A DNA stretch of 60,296 nt, filler included, from Bipalium vagum (Eukaryota), in NCBI GenBank assembly GCA_037834085.1. It is 3 parts of 3 records of this genome, joined end to end, with 100 filler letters (N's around TTAATTAATTAA, not from the genome) between each part and the next. Parts side by side here need not be neighbours in the genome. Positions count along the whole stretch, not along the records: positions 1 to 22,012 come from JBBMKC010228203.1; positions 22,113 to 43,621 come from JBBMKC010236031.1; 1 more part is not named here. One strand, 5' to 3'. Position 1 is the stretch's first letter, and each line of letters starts with the position of its first letter. Positions 11,331-25,796 of the stretch are shown here, piece by piece. A program made the position numbers and the translations under genes. The notes beneath the pieces are model-generated. The model made no database searches and was not told the origin of the DNA. It saw only the letters and a program-made list of their open reading frames with translations.

Positions 11331-13769
11331 ATTATACTCAATAAATTTATTCAGTTTCACTAAATTGAAAATGCGCGGAAATATTTTCTCAAAATAAATG
11401 ATATTTATCAGATTTAAGAAATTCTCTATCTGTTGTTAAGCAATGCAATATTCAACCGAAATGTGAATATAAAAGTCATCAATTGCAGATTTACACTAAG
11501 CTAGGAAAAGCGTTGATCAAAAATTAAAAATTCGCTAATATTCTATTCCAATTTTTTAAATGTACTGAGAAATATCCGTAAATAGGACAACAATATTGAT
11601 TCAGTATAAATTTGATAACGGAGAATTGCAAAACTATCCGACTGGTCTGCAGAAAAAATTAACTTTAATTTACCACTCCAATATTATCCAATGGTAGAAG
11701 ATCATTATAGAAAAATAATTACAATAAAAATCTTTTTATTTTAATATTTTAAACACATTTAGGTTGCTTCTTATTTGCTTTCAAAACTATTAAAATAAAT
11801 ATAAGGAAAGTCACAATAAAATAATTTTATTTTACTTTTAGAAAGGTAGTCTCCAATTTCATTGATTGTTTCTATAAGAAAGAGTTATTTTGATTTAGGA
11901 AAACTTCGTGAATTATTTTAATAAACATTTATATTTTTATTAAAAAACTATAACACGTGAAAAAATGAATGTTGGCATAAGCATGTAATCTTAAGATAAA
12001 TAAAATAACTGACTCACCCACACTGTCTATATTTTCTACTCAAATCTACATCATATTTCCGTACTATATTTTCTTTTTAAGAAATATGAAATATTTCAAG
12101 CTTACAAACTCCTTACTAACATAAATTAAAATGTTAAGTGTTAATAATAAATAATGTGTTAATAATAATAAGTGTTAATAAAATAAGTGTTAAGATTTTT
12201 GCCACTTTACATATATGATTTTAAAGTATATATATGTTCATTTTCATAAGTAACATCCTTAGAAATATTTTATCTGTTTATTTTTTCCATTAAAACATTA
12301 CAACAAAAATTATCCATTGCATCTGTTTCCTGATTATTAATACTTTTGTGCTATATTGAATAGTTTTCTGTTTTTGGATTTACGCCATATTTCATACAAA
12401 TAGAATTCATACTGTGTTCAATAAAATCATTCAGTTCAATTTTCTTTTTCCTTTTTTATATTTTTAAAATGCTACGATACATTTTTTTATTGCGGTATAT
12501 TTATGTACTGAGTAGGTATATTTATTACCATACCGTATCGTTTTATCAAAGACTGGTATATTATATTACTAACCAATTTCACACAATTCAATTCAATCCT
12601 GCAGTGACGAAAATTCATATATCAAAGAATCTCTTCCACATCATCGTATGAAATTAAAGATAAAATTGATGATCAAAAAGTTGTTCACTTATTGCGATTA
12701 GTTGTTGATATCCCGACTATTTAAGTAGAAAAATGTTCTAAATTGTCTTGATTTTCGCTATTTTCAGATTCACTTATGATATTAATCCAGTCATCTTTAT
12801 CTAGTGATTCATGTACATCTATTCATGTTCGTCAATTGCAAGCTGTATATATTAATTGGTAGGGTTTGGGTCAATATTGTCGAATCACTTTCTAAGATTT
12901 TAAATCAACTTGATTATTAATGGAACTAGAATTTGTGTTATTTTAATGGAAAATCAAAACAGTAAATTAAAAAAGGTTATGCCAAGTTAAAATGAAAAGT
13001 AGTTGTTAATGTCCGCCATTCAAGGTAAAGCCTGAATCTTAAGGTAAATCTGAAATCTTTATCAAAAATCACGTTGTTTGTTTCAAAAATGAAATCAATT
13101 ATTCAGAAGAAAAAATTAATTTTCCTATTCGATGTTACGGTTTTGATAAAAAATCATCAGAAAATTTTCAAATACGATTTTTTTGCAATTTATTTTCTAA
13201 AAATAGGATTTTAATATTAAAGAGTATTTGTTTAATTAGAAAACTGATTTTTTAAACTTTTGTATCTTAATAGACATTAGAATAATAACACTAATCTCTG
13301 ATTTGTCGTAGGAAACAATGGCATCTAGCATTCGCATATTTTTATTTGGAAAATATTTATGTGAGTATTTAAACTGATTTCTAATTTTTAAATTTTTATA
13401 TTGTGCGTAATTTAAATTTTAATTAAATTAATTTTAATATTTATTTAACATAGTTCTTATTTTGATATTTAAGGGCACAATATATTAATTTATTAAGAAT
13501 GGAAAATTTTTAAAAGTATTATTGTTTTAAAAGACACTCAAAATATATTGTTTAAACTATAACTGGTTTTTTTGATATCGCAGCTAACACGGAGACCGCA
13601 CCAGAATTTTGTATTTTCATGAAATTCATTATTTTTTACAATAGATTATTGATATTTGAATTCCATATGCTAAGATTCTATTAGTAAGATTCAAATACTA
13701 ATATGATTCTACGGAAGACTTTCGAAATACACATATACAGCTGCTATGATACCAAAATATTTGTTGATA

Positions 13770-14428
13770 AACGCCTTCCATTCACTCAACTCGGATAATT
13801 TCGAAAAAAAGAATGCAATTTTAACAGTCCTCCTTCACTGCAAAAAATGCATGTTTTTGTGATTACTTAAGTATAGGTAACGCACATATTTTTGTATGTT
13901 TATTGCCTAATATGATAGAAATCGTTTTTTAGGAAATTCGAAATATCTCTGAATAAATGTATCCATTTATTAAATTTATGGGTCTTGCGCAGATCACAAA
14001 AACCAGCTACTAAAGTCCCCTGTGATTTAAAATTGGTGATGAAATGAGGGAAAAAACCAATAAAATTGGGTGGACCCGACCAAGTAATTCAAATAGACGA
14101 ATCATTATTTCGGTAATTTCATATTGGTTTTAGTTTATTTTCATACTAAATACAAGTCCGAAAATCATAAAGTACGCGCTCCTGATCGTGAGTAATCGGT
14201 TTTTGGTATGGTAAAAATATGGAAAACATATTTTTGAGATTAGTAGGAGACAGGAAATCCATCATCTTATTACACATTATAAGGAGCACCGTTGAGCACG
14301 GCTCCGTTAAAATGAGTGATGAGTGGATATTGTCTAAGTACATATTGTCTAAGGACGCAAATTATGTTCATCAAACTGTCAACTACAAAATGAATTTTGT
14401 TGACAGGAAGACAGGAAGAAGTTTTTAA
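13770..14428 (+). mobile_element. Merlin (IS1016/IS1595-like) transposase remnant
   Basis: KLGGPDQVIQIDESLFR (14063-14113); VGDR...IIRSTVEHGS..MSDEW...HQTVNYKMNFVDRKTG. Confidence 0.8.
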
Positions 14429-15923
14429 CATTTTTTCTAACCAAATAATTTAAATTTTCTTAAAAGTTTTAAAATCTTAAATTATTAATTTAATCTTAAT
14501 TTTTTTCATATATTTTATTTTAATCATTTTTATATTTACTTTATATATAACTTCAAAATTATCAAGGCTCATGGTAATTTGTGCCGATACCATGTCAGGA
14601 GTAGTTTGACAACCAAATGTTCATCGTTCGAGAACAAAAACGACATATAAGGGTCTTGTAACAAAACGACCACGAGGAAATAATCCAATATCCACTGTTC
14701 ATGGTATATTGGAGGAAATAATTATCTTAGGAATGTTTTTATCCATAATTCTTGTCGTCCGAGTAGCCTGAAATACTAAAGCTCAATAGTATGAGGGCAA
14801 AAAGACTAATAAGGATTGGGAAATCCTATTTTTCTACTTTTTATGTCTTATTTGTTTCGGTTACAACGCATTTAAGAGGATTACTTTTTATGGTGGAGGG
14901 ATTATATGTATTTTTTTTAATGTAATTTTTCTGAGGGGATAATTTCTGAAAACTCTACACATACTTCAAAACCCTTAGTTGATTTAAAGAAAGAATTTAA
15001 GGTCTTCGTATTTTTTAATTTCTTATGTGATATAAATGTGTACTTTATTGTTTTTGACTTGTTCTCTCGGAATAAATGAATTGGTGATGTGTAGTGGGAG
15101 TTTGGAAATACACCATCTGGACTCAATAAGGTTTGTTTACGGTGTTCATTTGGATGGGTTTTCTTGTGATTTGCGCTATGTATGTGGAGTCAAAAGGAGA
15201 AGATCTGTGCAGCTGCAGACGAGCGAAAAACAGATAATTATTATTATTGTGTTAAGCGCACCTATGTCTAGCTGATGATTAGCGAAAACAAAAAAAACGT
15301 CAAAAAGAGCCGATGAATGGCGAACCACAAGATCAATCCCAATGGAACACTGGCAGCATCAGATGAGTGCAAAGGAGATTTTAAAAAAAATAGGAAAATT
15401 AAAACCACAACCGAAAGATAATATGAAAGTGTCAATTAAAATAAATGTTGATTTTTTTTAATATGATGCAATTTGAGGATGCTAACCTCTATTACTTAAT
15501 GTATTTATTATGAGATCTACAAACGCCCAGAATTTTAGTTAATTTACAGCATACACAAAGAGGTTTGAATTTATTTATTATAATAAGATATTTCGTATAT
15601 CATATTACAACTTTAGATAATAGAAATGCAAGATCATATCTACAAAAATAATATTGAACCAACTATTAATTAACAACAGAATTTGTTATCCAATATTTAA
15701 TTTCAAAATGTATATTTAAAGCAGTCCTACTTCGTAAATCATGTGTGAAAACCACGAAAAATAAAAAATAAAAGATTGTTTTGCATTTTGTTGTTTGCAA
15801 ACTGTTTGTACTAATTATCGAAAGATATATTAATAAGAATCAGATCACTATTTGAAAAATACCATTTCCATCTGAGTGTGGACAATAAATTATTATGGAA
15901 ATATACATTGGCTGAAACATATA

Positions 15924-16493
15924 CCGGTTTTCTTCGAAAAAAGACTCCAGAAATTAGGAATATTATCTTATTATTTATGAGGGATCTTATTTTCGTTGTT
16001 TTTATTTTTTTATTAAAATGTTTTTCTACCTATACAAAATTTTTTATTTGCTTGAAATATTTGTTTATATTTTGTTCAATAAAGTTTATATTTGGTAAGG
16101 CTCTTTTTTAAAAAATGTATAAGATTTGATTTTATATTTTTAACAATGCATAGAAAATCGTACAGCATGAAAGATAAGCTCAAAGCTCTTAATATTTTAA
16201 GGCAAAGCAACAATAATGTTGGTAAAAAATCTAGAGATTTTGGTATAACAAATAAAATGCTCCAAATGGAAGAAAAGAGAAGATATGTGAGGTAGGAAAT
16301 AAATCAACAAACTTCCGAATGGGATCCAGGAAAACAGCATTCTTTTGTGAGCTAGAAGAGCTTAGCGTCTGTTTTTCTTGATATTTCTAGTTATTCGAGA
16401 CCGAGTATTATTTTTAAATGTACTTTAGGTTAGAAAAATCCTGTTTTCTTTGAAAACCAAACCCGACCCGACCTTATCTTCGAAGAAAATTGG
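15924..16493 (+). mobile_element. Non-autonomous pogo/Tc2-like element
   Basis: Imperfect TIRs CCGGTTTTCTTCGAAAAAAGAC / GACCTTATCTTCGAAGAAAATTGG, each flanked by TA. Internal HTH MHRKSYSMKDKLKAL...SRDFGI. Confidence 0.8.
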
Positions 16494-16829
16494 TACTTAT
16501 ATAATGTCGGAAGTTAATGTTCATCACCAAAATCCTAATTGACTTTTATGGCTTAAGATATTATTGTTAAAAATATTTCCTAGAAAATCCAATTTATTTA
16601 AGAGAAGATATTAAATGTCAGATTGATAAAAACCTTATTTAACAGTAATAAAAAATATCATCGAAGGCGGTAAAATGATTATGAAATCTGGGAATTGGTA
16701 TTCCTGATACTATCTGTAATTCATCGTAGATTGCTGATGATATCTCAACTTCAACTCTACTCCCTACAATAGGACGATTTTGCAGAAATAATACAGTGTT
16801 TTTAATTATAATTATCAATATAGCATATA

Positions 16830-18025
16830 CAAGGTGTAAAAAGTGTCTCTTGAGTTTTCTTTGATATTATTTTAATTTAAGTTATGTTTAATTCTTTGTT
16901 TGAAATGAATGGTTTTAAGGAAAAATTTTTGAAGTTTTATATAGTATTAATTAATTTTTTATTATAGACCTAATGATAACACATCAAACTAAAATCCAAA
17001 TCAATCACCAATCCAAGTTATGAGAGAGTTGAAAAAGACAAGATTTTACGATATTCCATCTGGAACCACGATAAAAACAATTTATAATAAACTTTTAGAA
17101 ACGGGTTCTGTAAACGATAAATCCCGATCAGTCCTTCCCTAAAAATGAAATGATATATGCCATTAAAGACAAAGTGGACTCAGACCCATCACAATCTAAC
17201 CGTATAATTGCTGCAATTGTTGGAACATCTCACACCTTTGTTCACAATGTAACGCGAGAGGACATTATTATTTAATCTTACAAACTACAATATCACCAGT
17301 TGTTTTATGAAGAGGATTTTGCAAACAGAGCAAAGTGTTGCAAAAACATACTATAGGTGCATGCCAAATGTAACCATGTTCTCGAATTTTTGTTAATGTC
17401 AGACGAAGCTACGTTTCACATTAATGGTCAAATAAGCCGACACAATTTCAGAATTTGGGGCTTACAAAAACCGGAGACTATCCCTAATAAAGGCCTATGC
17501 TCTCCTAAAGTCAACGCCTGTGTACGTCTAGGAATGCATGGTCTTGGGCCATTTTTCTTTAATGAAAATGTTAATGGATCCAATTATCAGGCTATGCTCA
17601 GAAATAATGTGGTGTCTCTGTGATCAGCAGTCCATTACGCCAAAGCAGTCCGAAATTTTTTAGATAAGGAATTCTATTCTCAATGGATTTGTCGTATGAG
17701 ACCTATTTCATCGCCGCCGCGTTCGCCAGATTTAAGTCCTCTTTAGTTTTTCTCATGGGATCATTTCAAAATTAAGCTTTTTAGTAAGAAATCAAAAGAT
17801 TTTGAACATATGAAAGTAATTTTATCAGAAGAATGTGCTCAAACCTCTCTAGATAATTGTAAAAATGCCACGCTGGCTTTCGTTAAGCACTTATCAAAAT
17901 GTGTCAAGTTAGATGGGAGTCAAATTTAAAAAATTTTGGTATTATTTGATAGTCGTTTGAAATTTCTGTTGCTATTTTTCTTATGTGTTGACATCTAAAT
18001 CTCAAGGGATTTTATTTACACTCTG
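16830..18025 (+). mobile_element. Full-length decayed Tc1/mariner element, rosa/DD41D-like
   Basis: Imperfect TIRs CAAGGTGTAAA..CTTGAG / CTCAAG..TTTACACTCTG flanked by TA. Motifs MSDEATFHINGQISRHNFRIWG, GPFFF and PPRSPDLSPL. Confidence 0.85.
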
Positions 18026-18229
18026 TATATATAGCATATAACAGTCAACCATAGCTTACATACACATGCTAACAATCAAGCAATAGAATTCTATTGGTCA
18101 ATGCAAAGTACCTACTGTAGATTAAGAAAAGCTTAATCTTGAATAATTGATAAGCTTGAATTATACATTTATGAATTGGTATGGAAAGATAACATCTTCA
18201 ATGATAAATGGGAAATTTCGCGGATTTGT

Positions 18230-18780
18230 TAAAATATATGATTCTTATGGATACCCCAGTTGTTCTTGTAATTTTCTGTATAAATTTCGTGAACTTATCT
18301 CAAAGTCATTCAAGACAAACAATACTATGATTAAATGAAAAGGTATCATTGTAAAGATGAATGAATCCAAACTTGAAAAAGGAAATAGAATAATGTATAT
18401 CATGTCGTTGAAGCACGAGTATTCGAAGGAATTGAATTCACTAAGGAACTATATTTTATGTGAAAAAAGATTCTAAATCCAAATACTTACTGAAATAAAC
18501 ACAAAACATATCTCAGACCATGGTCAATAATATTTTGGCATGAAAGGTGAAAAAAAAAATTTTTAATGAAAAAGGACATGTTTTTATGACTATGAATCAT
18601 TGCAACTTCAAAAATTAATTAAATAATAAATAAACATTAATAATATTGAAGCTGTCTGGAATAGTCTAAAAAAGCAGATTAAGCCTAAAAACCGTGCGAA
18701 ATATCATATTTCTGAACTGAACTTATTTCGCGAGAGCAACCCAAAAAAGACCTGTGGAACTCAGTTTTATATTTAATGTT
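18230..18780 (+). mobile_element. Merlin transposase remnant 2
   Basis: KGIIVKMNESKL, GHVFMTMNH and NIEAVWNSLKKQI match degenerate Merlin motifs. Confidence 0.65.
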
Positions 18781-18993
18781 ACAGAGATTATTTTTATTTC
18801 TTTTAGTCTTTCATTACTGTATTGCAAAATTTTCCTTTTTATATCGAAAAATTAAAAAATTTTAAATACAAGTTACACTTTATCTATGTCAAGATGGTTT
18901 GAAAATGTAATTGATCAAATTTTAATCAGTAAATTAGCATTTTAATAAATTCTGGGTTTGCCAAAAGGCAATTTCAATTTTATTCAATAGGTA

Positions 18994-20290
18994 TGTTGAA
19001 TTTTGTAATATTTTGGACAATCAACCGAACCTACGGAGTTTGGCCGTCTTTAGATGCGTCTAACTGATAATCTAAGGATTAGTTGAAATCACGGGTTTAC
19101 ATTTATTTTAGTTTTTTATTTTAATGTTTGAAACTAATTATTATGATATTATTATCTTATCGTTTAATATTTATCGATTCTCGTCGCCATTTATTTGATC
19201 ATTATTCGTTTTTACTGACTTTGATTATATTATTGATATTGATTTAATTATTTGATTTTAATTTTGTGCATTATCGATTTATTTTATTGACATTGATTAT
19301 ATATCTATTAGCTATATCTGTAAGAGTTGGTTGTACGAGTAAAAATTGATCTATTTGAATTTTTGGATGTGCAAAATTTGACAATTTTGTTAGTTTTTGT
19401 GTATTTTTAGTATTAGTGAAGTGGAGACGGTATAAAATTTATGATAGATTTTATGAAATAGAATATAAAATAAAACAATTAAGTAGTATGAAAAATAATA
19501 TAATTTCTTGTAAATCTTGATAATTCAGGTCTTCTAAATAAATTTCTGATATCTAAATTATTATTTTTTAAATCTTCTTGCAATTTTTTTTCTGTAAAAT
19601 TAATCTGAGATAATTTTTTCTCTAATAATTTTTCATTTGTACTAATAGTAACATTAATACCTTTATTTCTATAATTAGTAATTGTACGATATCTTTTTCA
19701 TTGTTTTGGTCGTTTTTTAGACGACTTTTTTATTTTCTTATTTGTTGATATTGTTTTTTTATTTCACTAAATATGTGGCTTTATTTTAAAAAAATGTTTA
19801 TGTTTAGGATTCACCTCACTAAAGAAAAAAAATTTTAAAAATAGAGCTGAAAAATGAAGTAGGTTTTCTTCAAAAGAAAATGAAAAAAACTTCCTTTCTT
19901 AAATGAAATTATCAAAGTCTGAAAAGTGAAGTTTCATAATTCATTTATTTGACGATTTTATAATTTGTTTGATTCTTTAGTGTGATTGTTGGAATTTGAT
20001 TATTAACAGTATTTTATTTTATTCAGACATTTGATTAATCTTTGACTCTTTATTGATTCTTCAGACATTCATTGTGATTCTTCTGATCGGTATTATTTTA
20101 AACTGTTTCAAATGTAATAAAGTTTTGAGTCTTTTTGGGGTACGAACAGGGATAAGGTTTATCGTAGTTATTTTGATTAGAGCGAGTTTAATTTGTGTGG
20201 CTGTGTAAGTAAAACGAACACAACATTAAAAGTGAGGAGTTAGTGAAATTCGAGCTAAAGTTCCATGTTCCGATTAGGAAAAATAGTAAA
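18994..20290 (+). mobile_element. LTR-like repeat, copy C (with probable internal insert ~19480-19940)
   Basis: 5' TGTTGAA..TGTAATATTTT shared with copy A. 3' part (AATAAAGTTTT..GATAAGGTTT..CACAACATTA..AAGTGA.GAGTTA..TAGTAA) shared with the reverse complement of 28831-29000. Confidence 0.5.
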
Positions 20291-21940
20291 AATTTGAATT
20301 TTTTCCAGAAAAATAAGGAAAGAGTGTACTGGCTGTTAGAAAGTATTTTATGAAATAAAATTCATTAAAAAAATTTTTTTTTGGTTTAAAAACATAAGAA
20401 AAAACCTCATGACTTATTGAATGACCTAATGAGCTATTTTGAAATTACTTTTGTACTGCTTAGTATAATTTTTATGCTCAAACTGTTGAAGATTTTGATC
20501 TATGGAATTCATTTGATGGAATTCCATTTTATTGCATCGTATTCATATACAACTGTCCATTTTGTTGTTCCGATCACTTTCGCTGTTTTAAAATTTGTGC
20601 GGTTGTATTCTTTATTTGTGCTGGAACACGTATTTACAGGGATTATTGAATAATTTTAATTGATAATTCACATCATATCATTATCCATCTTTAATTCTCA
20701 AATATTTACCATTGCGGTTGTTAAAAATAAATAAAAATAATAAAATATATATAAATAATAATAAAAATAAATAAAAACAAAATCCCCTTGTTAATGATTA
20801 AATAATAAAAGCATTTGTTGCAGGAGAGCAGTTGAATGTAAGCCTTTTATAAACGAAAAAAAATAGAATGTACGCCTTTCATAATTTACTTTTAACCCAG
20901 AGTTGAACAATATCATACTTAACTTTAATAGGACACCAATTTTTTATCTTTCTAATCGCCCATTACAGGAGGAAATTAACAGTAAAAATAAACAACAGTC
21001 AGCATTTTAAATGATCATTTGAAGAAATACTTTTGCGAGTTGTCTTAATGTTATCACCAATTGAAAAACATCGTAAAATCAAAAATTAATAACTGAAAAC
21101 AAAGCGAAACCAGTGTTAAATTAGCAATGTCTCGATATTAAATAACAGGGTGAGCAAATTATTTAAATTTGATCAAAATGTAGCTAAATGAGAAAACAGA
21201 AATGGAATCAATTTAAATAAATTTGCAATGGAAATAATATCAAATATTAGATTTTGTCGAGCAAATAGGTTACAGAAAATATATTAACAATGTTAAATCT
21301 ATTTCATATCAATATTAAACGACTCAAATGACCTACTTTTAACAATTTCATATAATTTTCAACTGGTCCCCTTTTGTGCCTTCATCAATTGAAATATAAA
21401 GTGATACGTGATTTACTGCGTATTTGATACTTCGTCGAACTCAAGCGGAGACGCATTAAGACAAAATTTTGAAAAAATGGTCGATTTAAACAATTTCGCT
21501 TTAGCAATTTTAAGCTGAAATATTTTATAAAAAATATATTTGTGAAAATATCATATTTTAAAGGAATGTTAAAAATCTTATTAGATTTTTTAAAAAATTT
21601 TTGCTTATGTTGGTACGTTTTGTTAATATTTAACTTTTCAATCATACTTTCCAGATAAAACCGGTACATAATTTATTATGTTTAAGTAGTTGAATGCTTC
21701 TAAGAGGACCGTGTTTGTTGATTTTGTAGCATTAAGCAAACTATTAAAAAGTAATCTAAATGTGAATGTAGCATTTTCACAAGGTTAGTAAAATTTCTTT
21801 AAAAAAATATTACAAAAATTTCAAAATCAAAAAATCTTTTACGAAAATGATGTTGTGGACTTTTCGGTAATCATTTAGTTCAATATATATATTATTAAAT
21901 TACAATTACAATTAAATACCTTCATATTTGAAATTATTCC

Positions 21941-21994
21941 TTAAATTATTGTTTATTAAATTACTATTTAAATTATTGTTTATTAAATTACTAT
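21941..21994. repeat. 27-bp perfect tandem duplication at contig end
   Basis: TTAAATTATTGTTTATTAAATTACTAT x2. Confidence 0.9.
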
Positions 21995-22012
21995 GGAAAT
22001 CGTCAGCCAATA

Positions 22013-22112
22013 NNNNNNNNNNNNNNNNNNNNNNNNNNNNNNNNNNNNNNNNNNNNTTAATTAATTAANNNNNNNNNNNNNNNNNNNNNNNNNNNNNNNN
22101 NNNNNNNNNNNN
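22013..22112. other. Assembly gap linker (44N-TTAATTAATTAA-44N)
   Basis: Exactly 100 nt with a six-frame stop linker; identical to 43622-43721. Confidence 0.98.
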
Positions 22113-24380
22113 TTGCACTTTTGTAGAGCATAAAAAGTTCTTTCAAATAAATGTATACATGGTATTAGAAATCTATGATACCGTAAAACAAAGAATAAAA
22201 TAATGTAACTAAAAATTGTGTTAAACATAAATTAAATATTATAGTTAAATTTCATTAATTATTATTTATATAACATGTCTAAAGAGTCTCCGTCGATTTT
22301 GTGATTGGGTAAGAAAATGTTCTCTGTAATTTTAATGATATTACATTTTTTAAAATTTATATATTTACTAATATAATTTTGAGTTAATTAATCTGAGGTG
22401 TACTTTGTTTTTGAGAGATAATGTACGAGAGATGCCGCGAAACTAAGGCTTAGGAAAACAGCGTTAAATACTTCAATCTTCAAATTTTACTTCTATCTCT
22501 CACATATTTTCTTGGATAATTTCTTATAAAATAAGAGGTTAAATAATAAAAATTCTTATTACGTCAAATTTTAAACTAAAAAATAAAATTTTAAAGTACT
22601 AGCAAAATGAAAACAACACTACACGGCAATTCTTTCGAATAATAAAAAGCACAAGAAAAATTGTTATTGAATTTGCAATAAATAAAAGAGAGCAAATATT
22701 TTTCCTCAGCTTAATTTATTTATTTATTGATCTCTCAAAATACATCACAATCCATACAAGTGATCCACTTTTTTCATACTACAGAACTAAAATTTCCTTT
22801 AATCATTTTTGTTCCTGATTAAGTCTTGATTTATTAAAATATTATTTTTATGGATCATTAATTAAATAATTAATATGAATATTTTTGTAATCAATTTGTG
22901 AAATTTTTATAATGTACAATATATGTTTAGAATCAATATAATCACATGCTTAAATATTAAACTAAGTAGCTAAAATACTTTTAATTGATTTTTATATAAA
23001 ACACAACCAAATCTTCAAAGTTATTTATTTATTTTATTTTTATTTTCATAAAAAAACAAAATTCCTACAATTAAAATAAAAAATCTTGATAATTATAGCT
23101 TCGTAGCTGAATTTAAAGGGAATACAATTAATTAAGTGCATATTATTCTTTAGTTTAGTATTATTAATAATCCTTTCTTTGGGCAAGTAATTGAAATAAA
23201 TAAGAGCTTCCATGGAGCCTTAAGATAATTGAGTATTATAAGTCCTCATTCAATCAATATTATTGGATGTTTTCATCACATAATAATTAAATAATATAAT
23301 ATGTATGCTCCATATATTGGTATATTGTCGCCAGTATTAAAGAAGATGATATTGAAAACAGAGCTTTTGTTAACTTTATATTATATTATATTATCATTTT
23401 GTCAATAATATTATCAATTTATAATGTGAATAAACAAATTAAGTACAATGAAAAAATAGCTTATGAGAACAGTAGAAGTTTCTTTTTAATTTTATTGAAG
23501 CATAAAATTATACAGCAAAAGTTATTTGATATTGTTGAGCTTATTATTTTATTAATAACTCCATGTGAATAAAATTTGATCAAGTCCTCAAGAATCTCTT
23601 CTCTTTTGTTTTTTGTTCCCATTAAATAATAATTTTGAAATCTTTTTCTACCCTCTGAATTTAAAACTTTTGGTAATTATATATTTATGTTTATTATTCA
23701 TAAATGTTTTGGTAGTGATTATATATTTTTTGATAAATGTTTATTTTAGATATTGTGACAGGTAATAAATTATGAAAATTAAACAGCTCAGATAAACAAC
23801 TCTAATGAGTCTTAAATGCCCATTTATATCACTATACCTTCACCATTTTTTAAAATTATCTTTTAATCAACAGTATATCTTTATGAATCAATTTCACAGA
23901 AGAAAATAATAAATGTTACATTATACGAGGTTCTGATATAAAATATTTCGTTGATATTATTTATTTCTGTCAATTGTTGTCATTTTGACTATATCTTCTT
24001 TTCGATTTGTCATTGTTTCTGTTATATAATATAAGAATTGTTAGGAAATCTGATTTTCCCGATATTTGAATTCAAAGAATAAATCAAGGGGAATATTTAA
24101 TGTTTGAAACTTCATAAAAAACTGCCTCAGTAATTGTATTCAGCTCTTAAAATGCAATCACAAAGGTCTGATTTATATTTCTGAGCTGTCATTTGTATTA
24201 ATAATCGGACAAGACCAAAGTCGGAATAATATATTTTTGTAATTCAGACTAATCAAACAAGCTTTTCATAAATGAACCTCACCTATTTTTCTTTTATTAT
24301 TTAATATACAAAAATTTACAATTTTCACATAAAAATTTTAACCATTAAAAACTTTAACTTATAAAAATTTTAATAACCGT

Positions 24381-24610
24381 TAGTGTTAATATCAATCGGT
24401 TTATACTCAGAATTAGAAGACATTTTTGAATAGATTTAATTAAGTGCTGAAATAAATAATATTTAAATAACTTTTCTCACACCTGGAAATTCCTTTTTTT
24501 ATTAAATTTTAAAAATAAGTTTATTTTTAAAATTTCATTCATACTTTTTAAATATTTTAAAATAACTAAAATAACAAAAAAATTTCCCAGGTCTGATTAG
24601 CCTCCTCATA
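24381..24610 (-). repeat. Dispersed ~230-bp repeat, copy 2
   Basis: Reverse homolog of 3333-3563. Confidence 0.8.
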
Positions 24611-25796
24611 GTTAACTTGGGTGCGAGGTTCCTATTTAAAATAATTCATAATAGTTTGAACCACTCCTTGTAATCCGCAAAATATTTTTGTACAACTAAT
24701 ATAAGGGATTGTTTCTGTATTTAATTGAATAATGCAATCAGTAAATTTTTGATTTGTAGGTAAATTTATTATAACATACCAAATGTTCAACGATGAAGAT
24801 ATAACTTACAGGAAGAGTTCTCGTAATTGTACTATCCTGTGATTGTACCAAACGACTCGACCTTATGAGAATGTCATTTTATATAATTCTAATTCCTTAT
24901 TTAAAATATTTTATGTAGTTTATAAAGGTAAATCCGCCTTTATCTATCCGAACACTTTATTAAAGTCAAAAACGCAGACACTCAAATATATACTGTGAAT
25001 CTAAAGCAAATATAGAATTAAAACGAATGTATAATAATTAAATCCAGTAACATTAATTTGAGACCTATCCTCCTTCTAATCAGTTCTGAAACTTATACCG
25101 AGCTCTCAATACATTAATTCGCATGGTTCATAAATTGCTGACTGGCAAATCTGGATCAAATATCATCTAAGACTTTTAAGCGCAGTCTAGAAACAATGTC
25201 TATTGGGGATCTAAATATAAAATATTGTGAACGTGGGACTCATTTATAATATTTCAATATTTTACTGTCACTATACTGTAATATAACGATACCCATCAAG
25301 CCGAGGCAATGGTTCAATTTTCTTTTGCCATAGTAAATAATGATGATTATTAATTAATTAAATAATTATATTTAATATATTATCAAAATTAAAAAATTAA
25401 AACATAAGTTCTGTTTACATAGATTGTATAAATAGATGAACAGTTAATTTTATATATCAGTATTCCCATTCATAAAAGTCAACATACGAACTGAAAAATG
25501 TCAATATCTCATTCGCAAAACCCAAACTATCTTCATATTTTTCCAAGTGCTTCATTAAACGTTTATTAAAATTATAAATAATTAATGTATAATTGTTTAG
25601 AAATTTTTTTGAATAGTTATATTAAAAAAATAAATGATAAATAATTACCAAAATATTAATTAGTGACTTAATGAAAAAGAATTTTATTAATTATCGGAAA
25701 ATTAAGAATTGATATTTAAATGAAATTTTATCGATAATTCCAAAATTAAAAATCATTAATAAAAATTTTGGATAATTTTTTTACTCAAATGACTGA

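Noticed and set aside
12130-12195. Four AGTGTTAATA-like repeats with short spacers (CRISPR-like look)
   Set aside because: Low-complexity minisatellite; eukaryotic context, no real spacers or cas genes.
15265-15305. Hammerhead-like CTGATGA..GAAA..GTC
   Set aside because: Stems I, II and III cannot be paired.
20417-20653. Hydrophobic short ORFs (also 3250, 5030, 9348, 15878, 34440, 49351, 49992)
   Set aside because: F/I/L/K-rich by-products of AT-rich DNA or antisense to TE remnants.
22057-22068. TTAATTAATTAA palindrome inside N runs (also 43666-43677)
   Set aside because: Artificial six-frame-stop scaffold linker, not biological. Adjacency across these gaps is unverified.
22850-23700. Possible minus-strand gene or GPCR
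   Set aside because: Many stops, no recognisable motif and no consistent splice model.
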